Positions 10,701 to 19,598 of a stretch of 20,000 nt of DNA are shown here, piece by piece. The stretch's first letter is position 1; each line of letters begins with the position of its first letter. Under the pieces are notes generated by a model, which saw only the letters and a program-made list of their open reading frames with translations, was not told where the DNA came from and ran no database searches. Source of the stretch: Mesotaenium endlicherianum (taxonomy: Eukaryota); the NCBI GenBank assembly GCA_009602735.1, contig WELA01003053.1, positions 100,628 to 120,627 on the forward strand, read 5' to 3'. Made by a program: the position numbers and the translations under genes.

Positions 10701-13700
10701 GCACACATGCACACACATGCACGATATGCATACATACAGGGCACGCACACACGCACACAAGCGTGTGCCCAAACTCACACAAAAACAAACACACATAGAC
10801 ATACACTCACACACACACACACACACACACACATACATGCAAGACACAAACACACAGGCATGAGCTGGCGGCACACTCCTGCACCTGCGTCTGCCGGGCC
10901 AACGAGTGCTCCCTCCCACACAAGAGGACACCAAATGCAACCAGATTGTACACAGCAGAAAGACGATCGCAACAAACGAGTACGGCACGTCAAGCTGACT
11001 TGCAAGCGCCCTTGCAACATTTGTGTGTGGCGGGCACATTGTCCCCACAGCTCTTGGGGGAGAAGGTGAGGAAGGAGCCTGAGGAGGAAAGAGCACGGGG
11101 GACAAGGTGAGGGAGGTGAGAGGAGCGCATGCAGAGGAGAGGCGGTGAGGAGGGGGGGNCGTGTGGGGCTTGGGCGTGAAGTTGGAGATGGTCAGGCGCA
11201 CCCCCAGCCTCTGCTTCCCGCGCCGGCACTCATTTTGCAGCCACTGTGGCCACTCATCCCCACACGCAAATGCACACGCACACACACACGCATACGCACA
11301 CACACACACACATGCACACAGGCGCAAGAAGGGAGGCAAGAAAGGGGAGGAAGGGGGGGGTGTGAGGGGGGAATCAAGGCAGCAGCTGCAGCTGCAGCTC
11401 CAGCAGCAGCGGCTGGTCGCTGAAGATCGAGAGGCCAAAAGAGGGGGCATTGAAGTGGTCGCTGACTATTGAGGGGCTATAAGACGAGTGAACGTGTGCC
11501 GTGAGCTAGTTCTGCGTGAGCTGCTGCATTTAGGGAGGGCGTGACGGGGGAAGGACTGCGAGAGTGGTCAACAGGGCAGTAGTGCAACGTGGGCTGTAGC
11601 CAGCTCCAGCCATCACGAGTCACGCACACGCAGGGGGGGGCTTGCAAGTTAAAACACACGCGGGGGCAGGGGCGGGCTGCCACGTGGCGCGTACCCGGAT
11701 GGTGTCGGCGATGCCCAGCACGTCCTCGTCCAGCTCGCCCGGCAGCCCGATCATGAAGTAGAGCTTGACCTGGCGCCACCCCTTGTCCCACGCCGTCTTC
11801 ACGCCTCTCAGGAGCTCCTCGTTCGTCAGCCCCTGCCACCTCGCCCCCCTCGTGCGTCAGCCCCTCCGAGCTGAATGGGGAGCTGAACGGGAACACTTGG
11901 GCTCGATGCGCTCAGTGATGTGAAGGAAGGCAGCAAGCAGAGGCGCAGCGGGGAAGGTAGCCAGGAGGCGCGCGTCTGACCTTGTTAATGATGTCGCGTA
12001 GGCGTTGCGTGCCCGCCTCCGGTGCAAACGTCAGCGACCCCTGCACGCACACACATCCCTAGCAGAGCCCACCTTCAGCCAGCCAGCCAGCCTGGCAGCC
12101 GCCCATGCGGCCTATACTGTGCCGGCCTGCATGCCTGCCTGCGTGCAACACTGCCCTCCATCCGTTGCGCATGCACGCCACCTGCTGCCCTGTCATCGGC
12201 GGCTCAGCAGTTGCTCGAGCGGAGGCCTCAGGAGATCCATGCGGGGACAGGTTCATGATGACCAAGGCTTGCCACATGTCGCCCTCACACGCCAAGCTCT
12301 GCATGCTGAAAACACCCGCGGGAGATGAGAATATCCAGCTGCTGTCGAAGATTATTTCGAGGCACTTTACAAATTACTAAAAGTAGGCGCTGGCTTGTCG
12401 CAGCCACAAGGAGCTCAGCGCAAAGCCTGCCCCATCCCCCCCCCTTTCCGCACTATCCTCCCTCATTCTCTGCGGGGGGCTTGCAAGAGACTCAAATGCG
12501 CAGCTTTGGGTGAGTGAGGTCATCATCGAGCCAAGAGACAGCAGCCCCGGGTGGGAGGTGCTCCCCCTGCATGGACAAAAGACAAGATGCGGGAAGGACA
12601 ATATTCGAGTATGCACGCACATTCTGGCACCTTCCCCCCCCCTGCTCCGTCTTTTAAGATGGAACGGCTGCTGAGGGGGCAAAGGGGGTATGACGAAGGG
12701 GCATGCGGGAAGTATCCATGGACTGGTCCACATGGCGCCGCTGACTGATCCCCTCAACTATACTCTATCAGAGCGTCCCGCTAGCGAAGCTCTGTGCACA
12801 AGGGAGAGGGAGAGAGAACAAGAAATGAGAGGGAGCAGAGGGAGCGAGGGGAGGGAGAGGGAGGAGAGAGAGAGGGAGAGGGAAAGGGAGGGGGAGGGGG
12901 AGCAAGAGGGGGAGGGGAGCAGAGACTGCAATGGGAGGAAGAAAAAAAAGCGGGGGAGAGTACAAGTCAGGGGGGGAGGCAAAAGAGAGGCAGGGTGTCA
13001 GAAGAGGGAGAGGAAATGAAACAGAAGTAAAGAGGTATTCGGAGGAGAGGAAAGGGGAGAGAGAGCGGGAGACGAGGGGGACAAGGAGGGGTCAGAGAAG
13101 AGGGAGGGGGAGGGGTCGACAGGAGGGGGGACGGCAAGGGGGAGGGAGCTCAAGCACGACGTGCCTGGCGGGTGCCCCCGATGATGTTGGCGATGTCGTC
13201 GTCGAAGCGGTCCACGCGCTGGCTGGGCAGCGACAGCGAGATGGGCTCGTCCTTCAGCCGGTTCTTTATCTGCTACCCTCCCTCTCCCTCCCTCGCTCCC
13301 TCACTAGTGAGCACGGGGCCCTTCCCCTCCCACACTTGCTGCTGGCTTGCAGGAAAGGCCAGCCTCCACCTGGCGCACTACTGTCTTCTAGACATCCTTA
13401 CTGACATGCTTATTGTATTCAAAGGCTTGAATAGTTAATATAGAAGGTGCATGAGGCACTCCCCAACTTCCGCAACTACAGTCGTGCATAAAATGTTGAG
13501 CTCGCGTCTGGGGTCAGGTTTTGGTCGGAGTTTTGGGTTTACCACCGGGCTCTTGGAGCAAGGCGCCAGGCACGCACAGAGGAGGTTGAAGAGAACGTGC
13601 AGATCACACAGCAAGCGGCTGTTGATAGAAAGGCATGTCCTTTGTTTGGTGCCAATTGCTCCGACAGCAGGAGCAGCTGTGGACTACTACTGCCAGGAGG

Positions 13701-16700
13701 CGAGAGGGGAGGAGGTGGGGAAGAGGGGCATGCCTGGATGCCGACAGCTGGCAGGGCGAGGTAGTCCGAGCAGCTGAGAGAGAGCAGCGAGAACTCGTTG
13801 TAGCCCGTCTTGCTGCCCCGCCCGATCAACACACCACCCCAGACAGGCACGCGCAGGCGAACCACAGGTTGTCACCTATCAGCAGCTGGAGGTGAAAATA
13901 CCACGGGGGTGGAGCATTGCACTGCAAGAGGCACTGCTTGTCAAGCGGCAGCCGCGCGAGCGCTGGTGGCACTGCCGCGACATGCCACATGGCGGAGGAG
14001 CGCCGCGACAGCAATTTCTGCAGCAGCTGGGAAGTTCGCTGACGCATGACAAAGAAGCACACAGCGATGCTCTTGTCTGAGAAAGACGCATGCACAATCA
14101 ACACAGACGTACAATGCTGGCTGGAAAAAACGGAGAGGCATTTCAAGCACAAGGACGCCACATGCCTGTCAACCTTGTGAGGGCCCTCCAGGTGTCGCTC
14201 AGCCATTCACCAGGAGCCAGTCAGAGAAGCTGGGTGACGTTGCTCCAGATGCAAACGCCGCACTCCAAACACAAGACTGCCCCTCCCTCTAATGTTATGT
14301 CACCTACTCTGGCCTTTGTGGAGAGACGGGGAGAGAGAGGGACAGGCGCAAAGAGAGAGAGAAAGAAAAGGAAGGGGGCAAGGCAGAAGGGGGGGGTGAG
14401 GTGGGGAGGGGAGGCAAATGGAGCGTGGATAATAGTGTGTGTGCGTGTTGTGTGTGGGCGATGGGTGGGTTGNNNNNNNNNNNNNNNNNNNNNNNNNNNN
14501 NNNNNNNNNNNNNNNNNNNNNNNNNNNNNNNNNNNNNNNNNNNNNNNNNNNNNNNNNNNNNNNNNNNNNNNNNNNNNNNNNNNNNNNNNNNNNNNNNNNN
14601 NNNNNNNNNNNNNNNNNNNNNNNNNNNNNNNNNNNNNNNNNNNNNNNNNNNNNNNNNNNNNNNNNNNNNNNNNNNNNNNNNNNNNNNNNNNNNNNNNNNN
14701 NNNNNNNNNNNNNNNNNNNNNNNNNNNNNNNNNNNNNNNNNNNNNNNNNNNNNNNNNNNNNNNNNNNNNNNNNNNNNNNNNNNNNNNNNNNNNNNNNNNN
14801 NNNNNNNNNNNNNNNNNNNNNNNNNNNNNNNNNNNNNNNNNNNNNNNNNNNNNNNNNNNNNNNNNNNNNNNNNNNNNNNNNNNNNNNNNNNNNNNNNNNN
14901 NNNNNNNNNNNNNNNNNNNNNNNNNNNNNNNNNNNNNNNNNNNNNNNNNNNNNNNNNNNNNNNNNNNNNNNNNNNNNNNNNNNNNNNNNNNNNNNNNNNN
15001 NNNNNNNNNNNNNNNNNNNNNNNNNNNNNNNNNNNNNNNNNNNNNNNNNNNNNNNNNNNNNNNNNNNNNNNNNNNNNNNNNNNNNNNNNNNNNNNNNNNN
15101 NNNNNNNNNNNNNNNNNNNNNNNNNNNNNNNNNNNNNNNNNNNNNNNNNNNNNNNNNNNNNNNNNNNNNNNNNNNNNNNNNNNNNNNNNNNNNNNNNNNN
15201 NNNNNNNNNNNNNNNNNNNNNNNNNNNNNNNNNNNNNNNNNNNNNNNNNNNNNNNNNNNNNNNNNNGGGGGGGGCAGGAGGGAGGGAGGGGTACCACTGG
15301 AAGGGCGTGTGGGGCTTGGGCGTGAAGTTGGAGATGGTCAGGCGCACCCCCAGCCTCTGCTTCCCGCGCCGGCACTCATTTTGCAGCCACTGTGGCCACT
15401 CATCCCCACACGCAAATGCACACGCACACACACACGCATACGCACACACACACACACATGCACACAGGCGCAAGAAGGGAGGCAAGAAAGGGGAGGAAGG
15501 GGGGGGGTGTGAGGGGGGAATCAAGGCAGCAGCTGCAGCTGCAGCTCCAGCAGCAGCGGCTGGTCGCTGAAGATCGAGAGGCCAAAAGAGGGGGCATTGA
15601 AGTGGTCGCTGACTATTGAGGGGCTATAAGACGAGTGAACGTGTGCCGTGAGCTAGTTCTGCGTGAGCTGCTGCATTTAGGGAGGGCGTGACGGGGGAAG
15701 GACTGCGAGAGTGGTCAACAGGGCAGTAGTGCAACGTGGGCTGTAGCCAGCTCCAGCCATCACGAGTCACGCACACGCAGGGGGGGGCTTGCAAGTTAAA
15801 ACACACGCGGGGGCAGGGGCGGGCTGCCACGTGGCGCGTACCCGGATGGTGTCGGCGATGCCCAGCACGTCCTCGTCCAGCTCGCCCGGCAGCCCGATCA
15901 TGAAGTAGAGCTTGACCTGGCGCCACCCCTTGTCCCACGCCGTCTTCACGCCTCTCAGGAGCTCCTCGTTCGTCAGCCCCTGCCACCTCGCCCCCCTCGT
16001 GCGTCAGCCCCTCCGAGCTGAATGGGGAGCTGAACGGGAACACTTGGGCTCGATGCGCTCAGTGATGTGAAGGAAGGCAGCAAGCAGAGGCGCAGCGGGG
16101 AAGGTAGCCAGGAGGCGCGCGTCTGACCTTGTTAATGATGTCGCGTAGGCGTTGCGTGCCCGCCTCCGGTGCAAACGTCAGCGACCCCTGCACGCACACA
16201 CATCCCTAGCAGAGCCCACCTTCAGCCAGCCAGCCAGCCTGGCAGCCGCCCATGCGGCCTATACTGTGCCGGCCTGCATGCCTGCCTGCGTGCAACACTG
16301 CCCTCCATCCGTTGCGCATGCACGCCACCTGCTGCCCTGTCATCGGCGGCTCAGCAGTTGCTCGAGCGGAGGCCTCAGGAGATCCATGCGGGGACAGGTT
16401 CATGATGACCAAGGCTTGCCACATGTCGCCCTCACACGCCAAGCTCTGCATGCTGAAAACACCCGCGGGAGATGAGAATATCCAGCTGCTGTCGAAGATT
16501 ATTTCGAGGCACTTTACAAATTACTAAAAGTAGGCGCTGGCTTGTCGCAGCCACAAGGAGCTCAGCGCAAAGCCTGCCCCATCCCCCCCCCTTTCCGCAC
16601 TATCCTCCCTCATTCTCTGCGGGGGGCTTGCAAGAGACTCAAATGCGCAGCTTTGGGTGAGTGAGGTCATCATCGAGCCAAGAGACAGCAGCCCCGGGTG

Positions 16701-19598
16701 GGAGGTGCTCCCCCTGCATGGACAAAAGACAAGATGCGGGAAGGACAATATTCGAGTATGCACGCACATTCTGGCACCTTCCCCCCCCCTGCTCCGTCTT
16801 TTAAGATGGAACGGCTGCTGAGGGGGCAAAGGGGGTATGACGAAGGGGCATGCGGGAAGTATCCATGGACTGGTCCACATGGCGCCGCTGACTGATCCCC
16901 TCAACTATACTCTATCAGAGCGTCCCGCTAGCGAAGCTCTGTGCACAAGGGAGAGGGAGAGAGAACAAGAAATGAGAGGGAGCAGAGGGAGCGAGGGGAG
17001 GGAGAGGGAGGAGAGAGAGAGGGAGAGGGAAAGGGAGGGGGAGGGGGAGCAAGAGGGGGAGGGGAGCAGAGACTGCAATGGGAGGAAGAAAAAAAAGCGG
17101 GGGAGAGTACAAGTCAGGGGGGGAGGCAAAAGAGAGGCAGGGTGTCAGAAGAGGGAGAGGAAATGAAACAGAAGTAAAGAGGTATTCGGAGGAGAGGAAA
17201 GGGGAGAGAGAGCGGGAGACGAGGGGGACAAGGAGGGGTCAGAGAAGAGGGAGGGGGAGGGGTCGACAGGAGGGGGGACGGCAAGGGGGAGGGAGCTCAA
17301 GCACGACGTGCCTGGCGGGTGCCCCCGATGATGTTGGCGATGTCGTCGTCGAAGCGGTCCACGCGCTGGCTGGGCAGCGACAGCGAGATGGGCTCGTCCT
17401 TCAGCCGGTTCTTTATCTGCTACCCTCCCTCTCCCTCCCTCGCTCCCTCACTAGTGAGCACGGGGCCCTTCCCCTCCCACACTTGCTGCTGGCTTGCAGG
17501 AAAGGCCAGCCTCCACCTGGCGCACTACTGTCTTCTAGACATCCTTACTGACATGCTTATTGTATTCAAAGGCTTGAATAGTTAATATAGAAGGTGCATG
17601 AGGCACTCCCCAACTTCCGCAACTACAGTCGTGCATAAAATGTTGAGCTCGCGTCTGGGGTCAGGTTTTGGTCGGAGTTTTGGGTTTACCACCGGGCTCT
17701 TGGAGCAAGGCGCCAGGCACGCACAGAGGAGGTTGAAGAGAACGTGCAGATCACACAGCAAGCGGCTGTTGATAGAAAGGCATGTCCTTTGTTTGGTGCC
17801 AATTGCTCCGACAGCAGGAGCAGCTGTGGACTACTACTGCCAGGAGGCGAGAGGGGAGGAGGTGGGGAAGAGGGGCATGCCTGGATGCCGACAGCTGGCA
17901 GGGCGAGGTAGTCCGAGCAGCTGAGAGAGAGCAGCGAGAACTCGTTGTAGCCCGTCTTGCTGCCCCGCCCGATCAACACACCACCCCAGACAGGCACGCG
18001 CAGGCGAACCACAGGTTGTCACCTATCAGCAGCTGGAGGTGAAAATACCACGGGGGTGGAGCATTGCACTGCAAGAGGCACTGCTTGTCAAGCGGCAGCC
18101 GCGCGAGCGCTGGTGGCACTGCCGCGACATGCCACATGGCGGAGGAGCGCCGCGACAGCAATTTCTGCAGCAGCTGGGAAGTTCGCTGACGCATGACAAA
18201 GAAGCACACAGCGATGCTCTTGTCTGAGAAAGACGCATGCACAATCAACACAGACGTACAATGCTGGCTGGAAAAAACGGAGAGGCATTTCAAGCACAAG
18301 GACGCCACATGCCTGTCAACCTTGTGAGGGCCCTCCAGGTGTCGCTCAGCCATTCACCAGGAGCCAGTCAGAGAAGCTGGGTGACGTTGCTCCAGATGCA
18401 AACGCCGCACTCCAAACACAAGACTGCCCCTCCCTCTAATGTTATGTCACCTACTCTGGCCTTTGTGGAGAGACGGGGAGAGAGAGGGACAGGCGCAAAG
18501 AGAGAGAGAAAGAAAAGGAAGGGGGCAAGGCAGAAGGGGGGGGTGAGGTGGGGAGGGGAGGCAAATGGAGCGTGGATAATAGTGTGTGTGCGTGTTGTGT
18601 GTGGGCGATGGGTGGGTTGNNNNNNNNNNNNNNNNNNNNNNNNNNNNNNNNNNNNNNNNNNNNNNNNNNNNNNNNNNNNNNNNNNNNNNNNNNNNNNNNN
18701 NNNNNNNNNNNNNNNNNNNNNNNNNNNNNNNNNNNNNNNNNNNNNNNNNNNNNNNNNNNNNNNNNNNNNNNNNNNNNNNNNNNNNNNNNNNNNNNNNNNN
18801 NNNNNNNNNNNNNNNCCCCACCCCACCCCACCGCCGCCGCCATTGCCGCCGCCACCATTTGCCATCCGCAATCAAGGAATAATTTTCAGATTGTGTTATA
18901 TCATTGCATCACAAGAAGAGTGCTCCATACCCCGTTGCAGGGTATTGAACAGCTTCTGAGTATGACAAACAAAGAGTTCCATCCCGCCACCTCCGGGCCC
19001 CAATGTCTCTCTGGCCCTGTGGTTCACTGCTGGCCACACTCCGCATCCCCCCGTTGCACGTAGTTTGTATGTGGCTGGAGGAAAGGACGAGGGAGAGTGA
19101 ATAGAAAGCGTGCGCTGGCATGCGTGTGCGGCACGCGGGGCGCGCCGCCTGCAATCAACCACCTCTCTCCTGCTGCTCGTCAACAATGGCAAGGAAACCG
19201 TGCTCAACTCCTGCAGGTGCCGATACATACTGAATACTCGACCACATGTTGACAGGTGGCAAAAAGGAGATTTCTAGCAACCACACGGAATGGCCCAGGT
19301 GGCAGACGAGCAGCCCAGTGGGCGCAATGCACAAGTGCATGCCCCCTTCCCTGCCGTCCGTAAGCAGCATTTGTACATTCACTCGCTTCACAATGGCAAG
19401 TCCACGCATCTGCAGAAATGGCAAGCATGCGGCAGAAGATTATTCATCTTCCCTCTGCGGGCCTTTCAGAACCATAGGATTCCGGAAGAGGAGGAAGGGG
19501 AGGAAGGGGAGGAAGGAGGAGCAGGGGGGGCGCACGTTGGCAGAAGCGGCAGCCGCGGGTGCAGCCGCGCCGGATCTCCACCGTCAGCCGGTCGTGCA
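1242..19598 (-). CDS. Multi-exon gene (5'-partial): TIGR03960-family radical SAM protein fused to a TIGR03936/DUF2344 radical SAM-linked domain
   Basis: 21 exons with AG acceptors, GT/GC donors and consistent phases give [20 protein letters not shown]...[16 protein letters not shown]...[10 protein letters not shown]...[27 protein letters not shown]...[12 protein letters not shown]...[14 protein letters not shown]...LDAPLPWD...[14 protein letters not shown]...[42 protein letters not shown]. These motifs are recognised from cyanobacterial members of the family. Confidence 0.92.
2068..2142 (-). CDS. Exon [25 protein letters not shown]
   Basis: Acceptor ctcacAG, donor GTGAGT, 75 nt; LLH.HR resembles the end of bacterial homologues. 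Confidence 0.82.
2588..2779 (-). CDS. Exon [21 protein letters not shown]...[28 protein letters not shown]
   Basis: Acceptor gccgcAG, donor GTGCGT, 192 nt; VDLR and GTLRPE.V..ML resemble the family C-terminus. Confidence 0.85.
3129..3371 (-). CDS. Exon [23 protein letters not shown]...[44 protein letters not shown]
   Basis: Acceptor gctgcAG, donor GTGGGC, 243 nt, phase 0-0; AEY motif plus a low-complexity poly-Q insert. Confidence 0.78.
3717..3800 (-). CDS. DUF2344 exon [28 protein letters not shown]
   Basis: Acceptor poly-G-agacAG, donor GTGGGC, 84 nt. Confidence 0.85.
4486..4551 (-). CDS. DUF2344 exon [22 protein letters not shown]
   Basis: Acceptor cgggcAG, donor GTGCGT, 66 nt. Confidence 0.88.
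4589..4704. repeat. (CA)n/(TG)n microsatellite, intronic
   Basis: About 115 nt of near-perfect CA repeats. Confidence 0.95.
5100..5166 (-). CDS. DUF2344 exon [22 protein letters not shown]
   Basis: Acceptor tgagcAG, donor GTGGGT, 67 nt; GFH.xPRIS...LPLG..S..E motif. Confidence 0.9.
5728..5846 (-). CDS. Exon starting the DUF2344/TIGR03936 domain: [39 protein letters not shown](G)
   Basis: Acceptor ggtgcAG, donor GTGTGC, 119 nt; KxG...HLD...RA.RR...GF signature. Confidence 0.92.
6267..6334 (-). CDS. Radical SAM gene linker exon (V)[22 protein letters not shown]
   Basis: Acceptor gaagcAG, donor GTGCCG, 68 nt; phases fit both neighbours. Confidence 0.87.
7034..7083 (-). CDS. Radical SAM gene exon (S)[16 protein letters not shown]
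   Basis: Acceptor ggagcAG, donor GTACGC, 50 nt; CxxCGVC motif. Confidence 0.9.
7488..7567 (-). CDS. Radical SAM gene exon [26 protein letters not shown]
   Basis: Acceptor poly-G-atgcAG, donor GTGTGC, 80 nt. Confidence 0.9.
8296..8439 (-). CDS. Radical SAM gene exon [48 protein letters not shown]
   Basis: Acceptor gcgacAG, donor GTGCGT, 144 nt; LDAPLPWD motif. Confidence 0.9.
8787..8865 (-). CDS. Radical SAM gene exon [26 protein letters not shown]
   Basis: Acceptor atgacAG, donor GTCAGC, 79 nt. Confidence 0.88.
9354..9448 (-). CDS. Radical SAM gene exon [31 protein letters not shown](W)
   Basis: Acceptor ttggcAG, donor GTACCC, 95 nt; RGDR motif. Confidence 0.92.
10431..10530 (-). CDS. Radical SAM gene exon (W)[33 protein letters not shown]
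   Basis: Acceptor ggcggcAG, donor GTGCGT, 100 nt; completes the Trp codon TG|G. Confidence 0.9.
10690..10857. repeat. Imperfect (CA)n microsatellite, intronic
   Basis: CA/CG/TA alternating purine-pyrimidine tract. Confidence 0.85.
11160..11243 (-). CDS. Duplicate, truncated copy of exon WLQNEC...FTPKPHT
   Basis: Identical to 15306-15389 but cut by the single N at 11159, losing PFQW and the donor site. Confidence 0.7.
11695..11832 (-). CDS. Duplicate copy of exon GLTNEELL...[11 protein letters not shown]...ADTIR
   Basis: Identical to 15842-15979. Confidence 0.75.
11981..12040 (-). CDS. Duplicate copy of exon [20 protein letters not shown]
   Basis: Identical to 16128-16187. Confidence 0.75.
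12800..13148. repeat. GA-rich polypurine low-complexity tract (also 16947-17295; similar tracts at 10170-10420 and 7935-8290)
   Basis: Almost pure A/G on the + strand, i.e. C/U-rich just after splice donors on the transcript. Confidence 0.85.
13165..13269 (-). CDS. Duplicate copy of exon [22 protein letters not shown]...GGTRQ
   Basis: Identical to 17312-17416. Confidence 0.75.
13734..13812 (-). CDS. Duplicate copy of exon [26 protein letters not shown]
   Basis: Identical to 17881-17959 at offset 4147. Confidence 0.75.
14473..15266. other. Assembly gap (794 N)
   Basis: Run of n. Confidence 0.99.
15295..15389 (-). CDS. Radical SAM gene exon [31 protein letters not shown](W)
   Basis: Acceptor ggccacAG, donor GTACCC, 95 nt; [11 protein letters not shown] motif. 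Confidence 0.9.
15842..15979 (-). CDS. Radical SAM gene exon [46 protein letters not shown]
   Basis: Acceptor ggtggcAG, donor GTACGC, 138 nt; YFMIGLPGE motif. Confidence 0.93.
16128..16187 (-). CDS. Radical SAM gene exon [20 protein letters not shown]
   Basis: Acceptor gcgtgcAG, donor GTCAGA, 60 nt; conserved APEAG motif. Confidence 0.92.
17312..17416 (-). CDS. Radical SAM gene exon [35 protein letters not shown]
   Basis: Acceptor gtagcAG, donor GCACGT (GC-AG intron), 105 nt, phase 0-0. Confidence 0.9.
17881..17959 (-). CDS. Radical SAM gene exon [26 protein letters not shown]
   Basis: Acceptor ggggcAG, donor GCATGC (GC-AG intron), 79 nt. Confidence 0.9.
18620..18815. other. Assembly gap (196 N), probably hiding one exon
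   Basis: Run of n between the CxxxCxxC exon and the TGYNEF exon. Confidence 0.99.
19536..19598 (-). CDS. Radical SAM gene exon with the CxxxCxxC motif: (V)[20 protein letters not shown]
   Basis: Acceptor gggggcAG, donor GTGCGC, 63 nt. Not in the ORF track in this frame. Confidence 0.93.

Larger units (their letters stand above)
11160..14472. repeat. Copy 1 of a ~3.3 kb direct duplication
   Basis: Matches 15306-18619. The only difference I noticed is G8 vs G9 near 11353/15499. The ORF track repeats at offset 4147. Confidence 0.95.
15306..18619. repeat. Copy 2 of a ~3.3 kb direct duplication
   Basis: Matches 11160-14472; both copies end at the same base (..gggtgggttg) immediately before an N gap. 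Confidence 0.95.

Noticed and set aside
12690..13404. Arg/Glu/Gly-rich plus-strand ORFs (also 7875-8417 and 10161-10604)
   Set aside because: Stop-poor polypurine intron tracts antisense to the real gene; no domain signal.
14090..15570. 350-410 aa ORFs in the track
   Set aside because: They are open only because they run through the N gap; the same applies to ORFs across 18620-18815.
3372..19535. Introner-type repeated intron elements
   Set aside because: Introns share compositional polarity, but I saw no alignable sequence similarity between different introns.
1242..19598. Bacterial contamination or a prokaryotic operon
   Set aside because: The coding sequence is split by about 20 spliceosomal introns with microsatellites.
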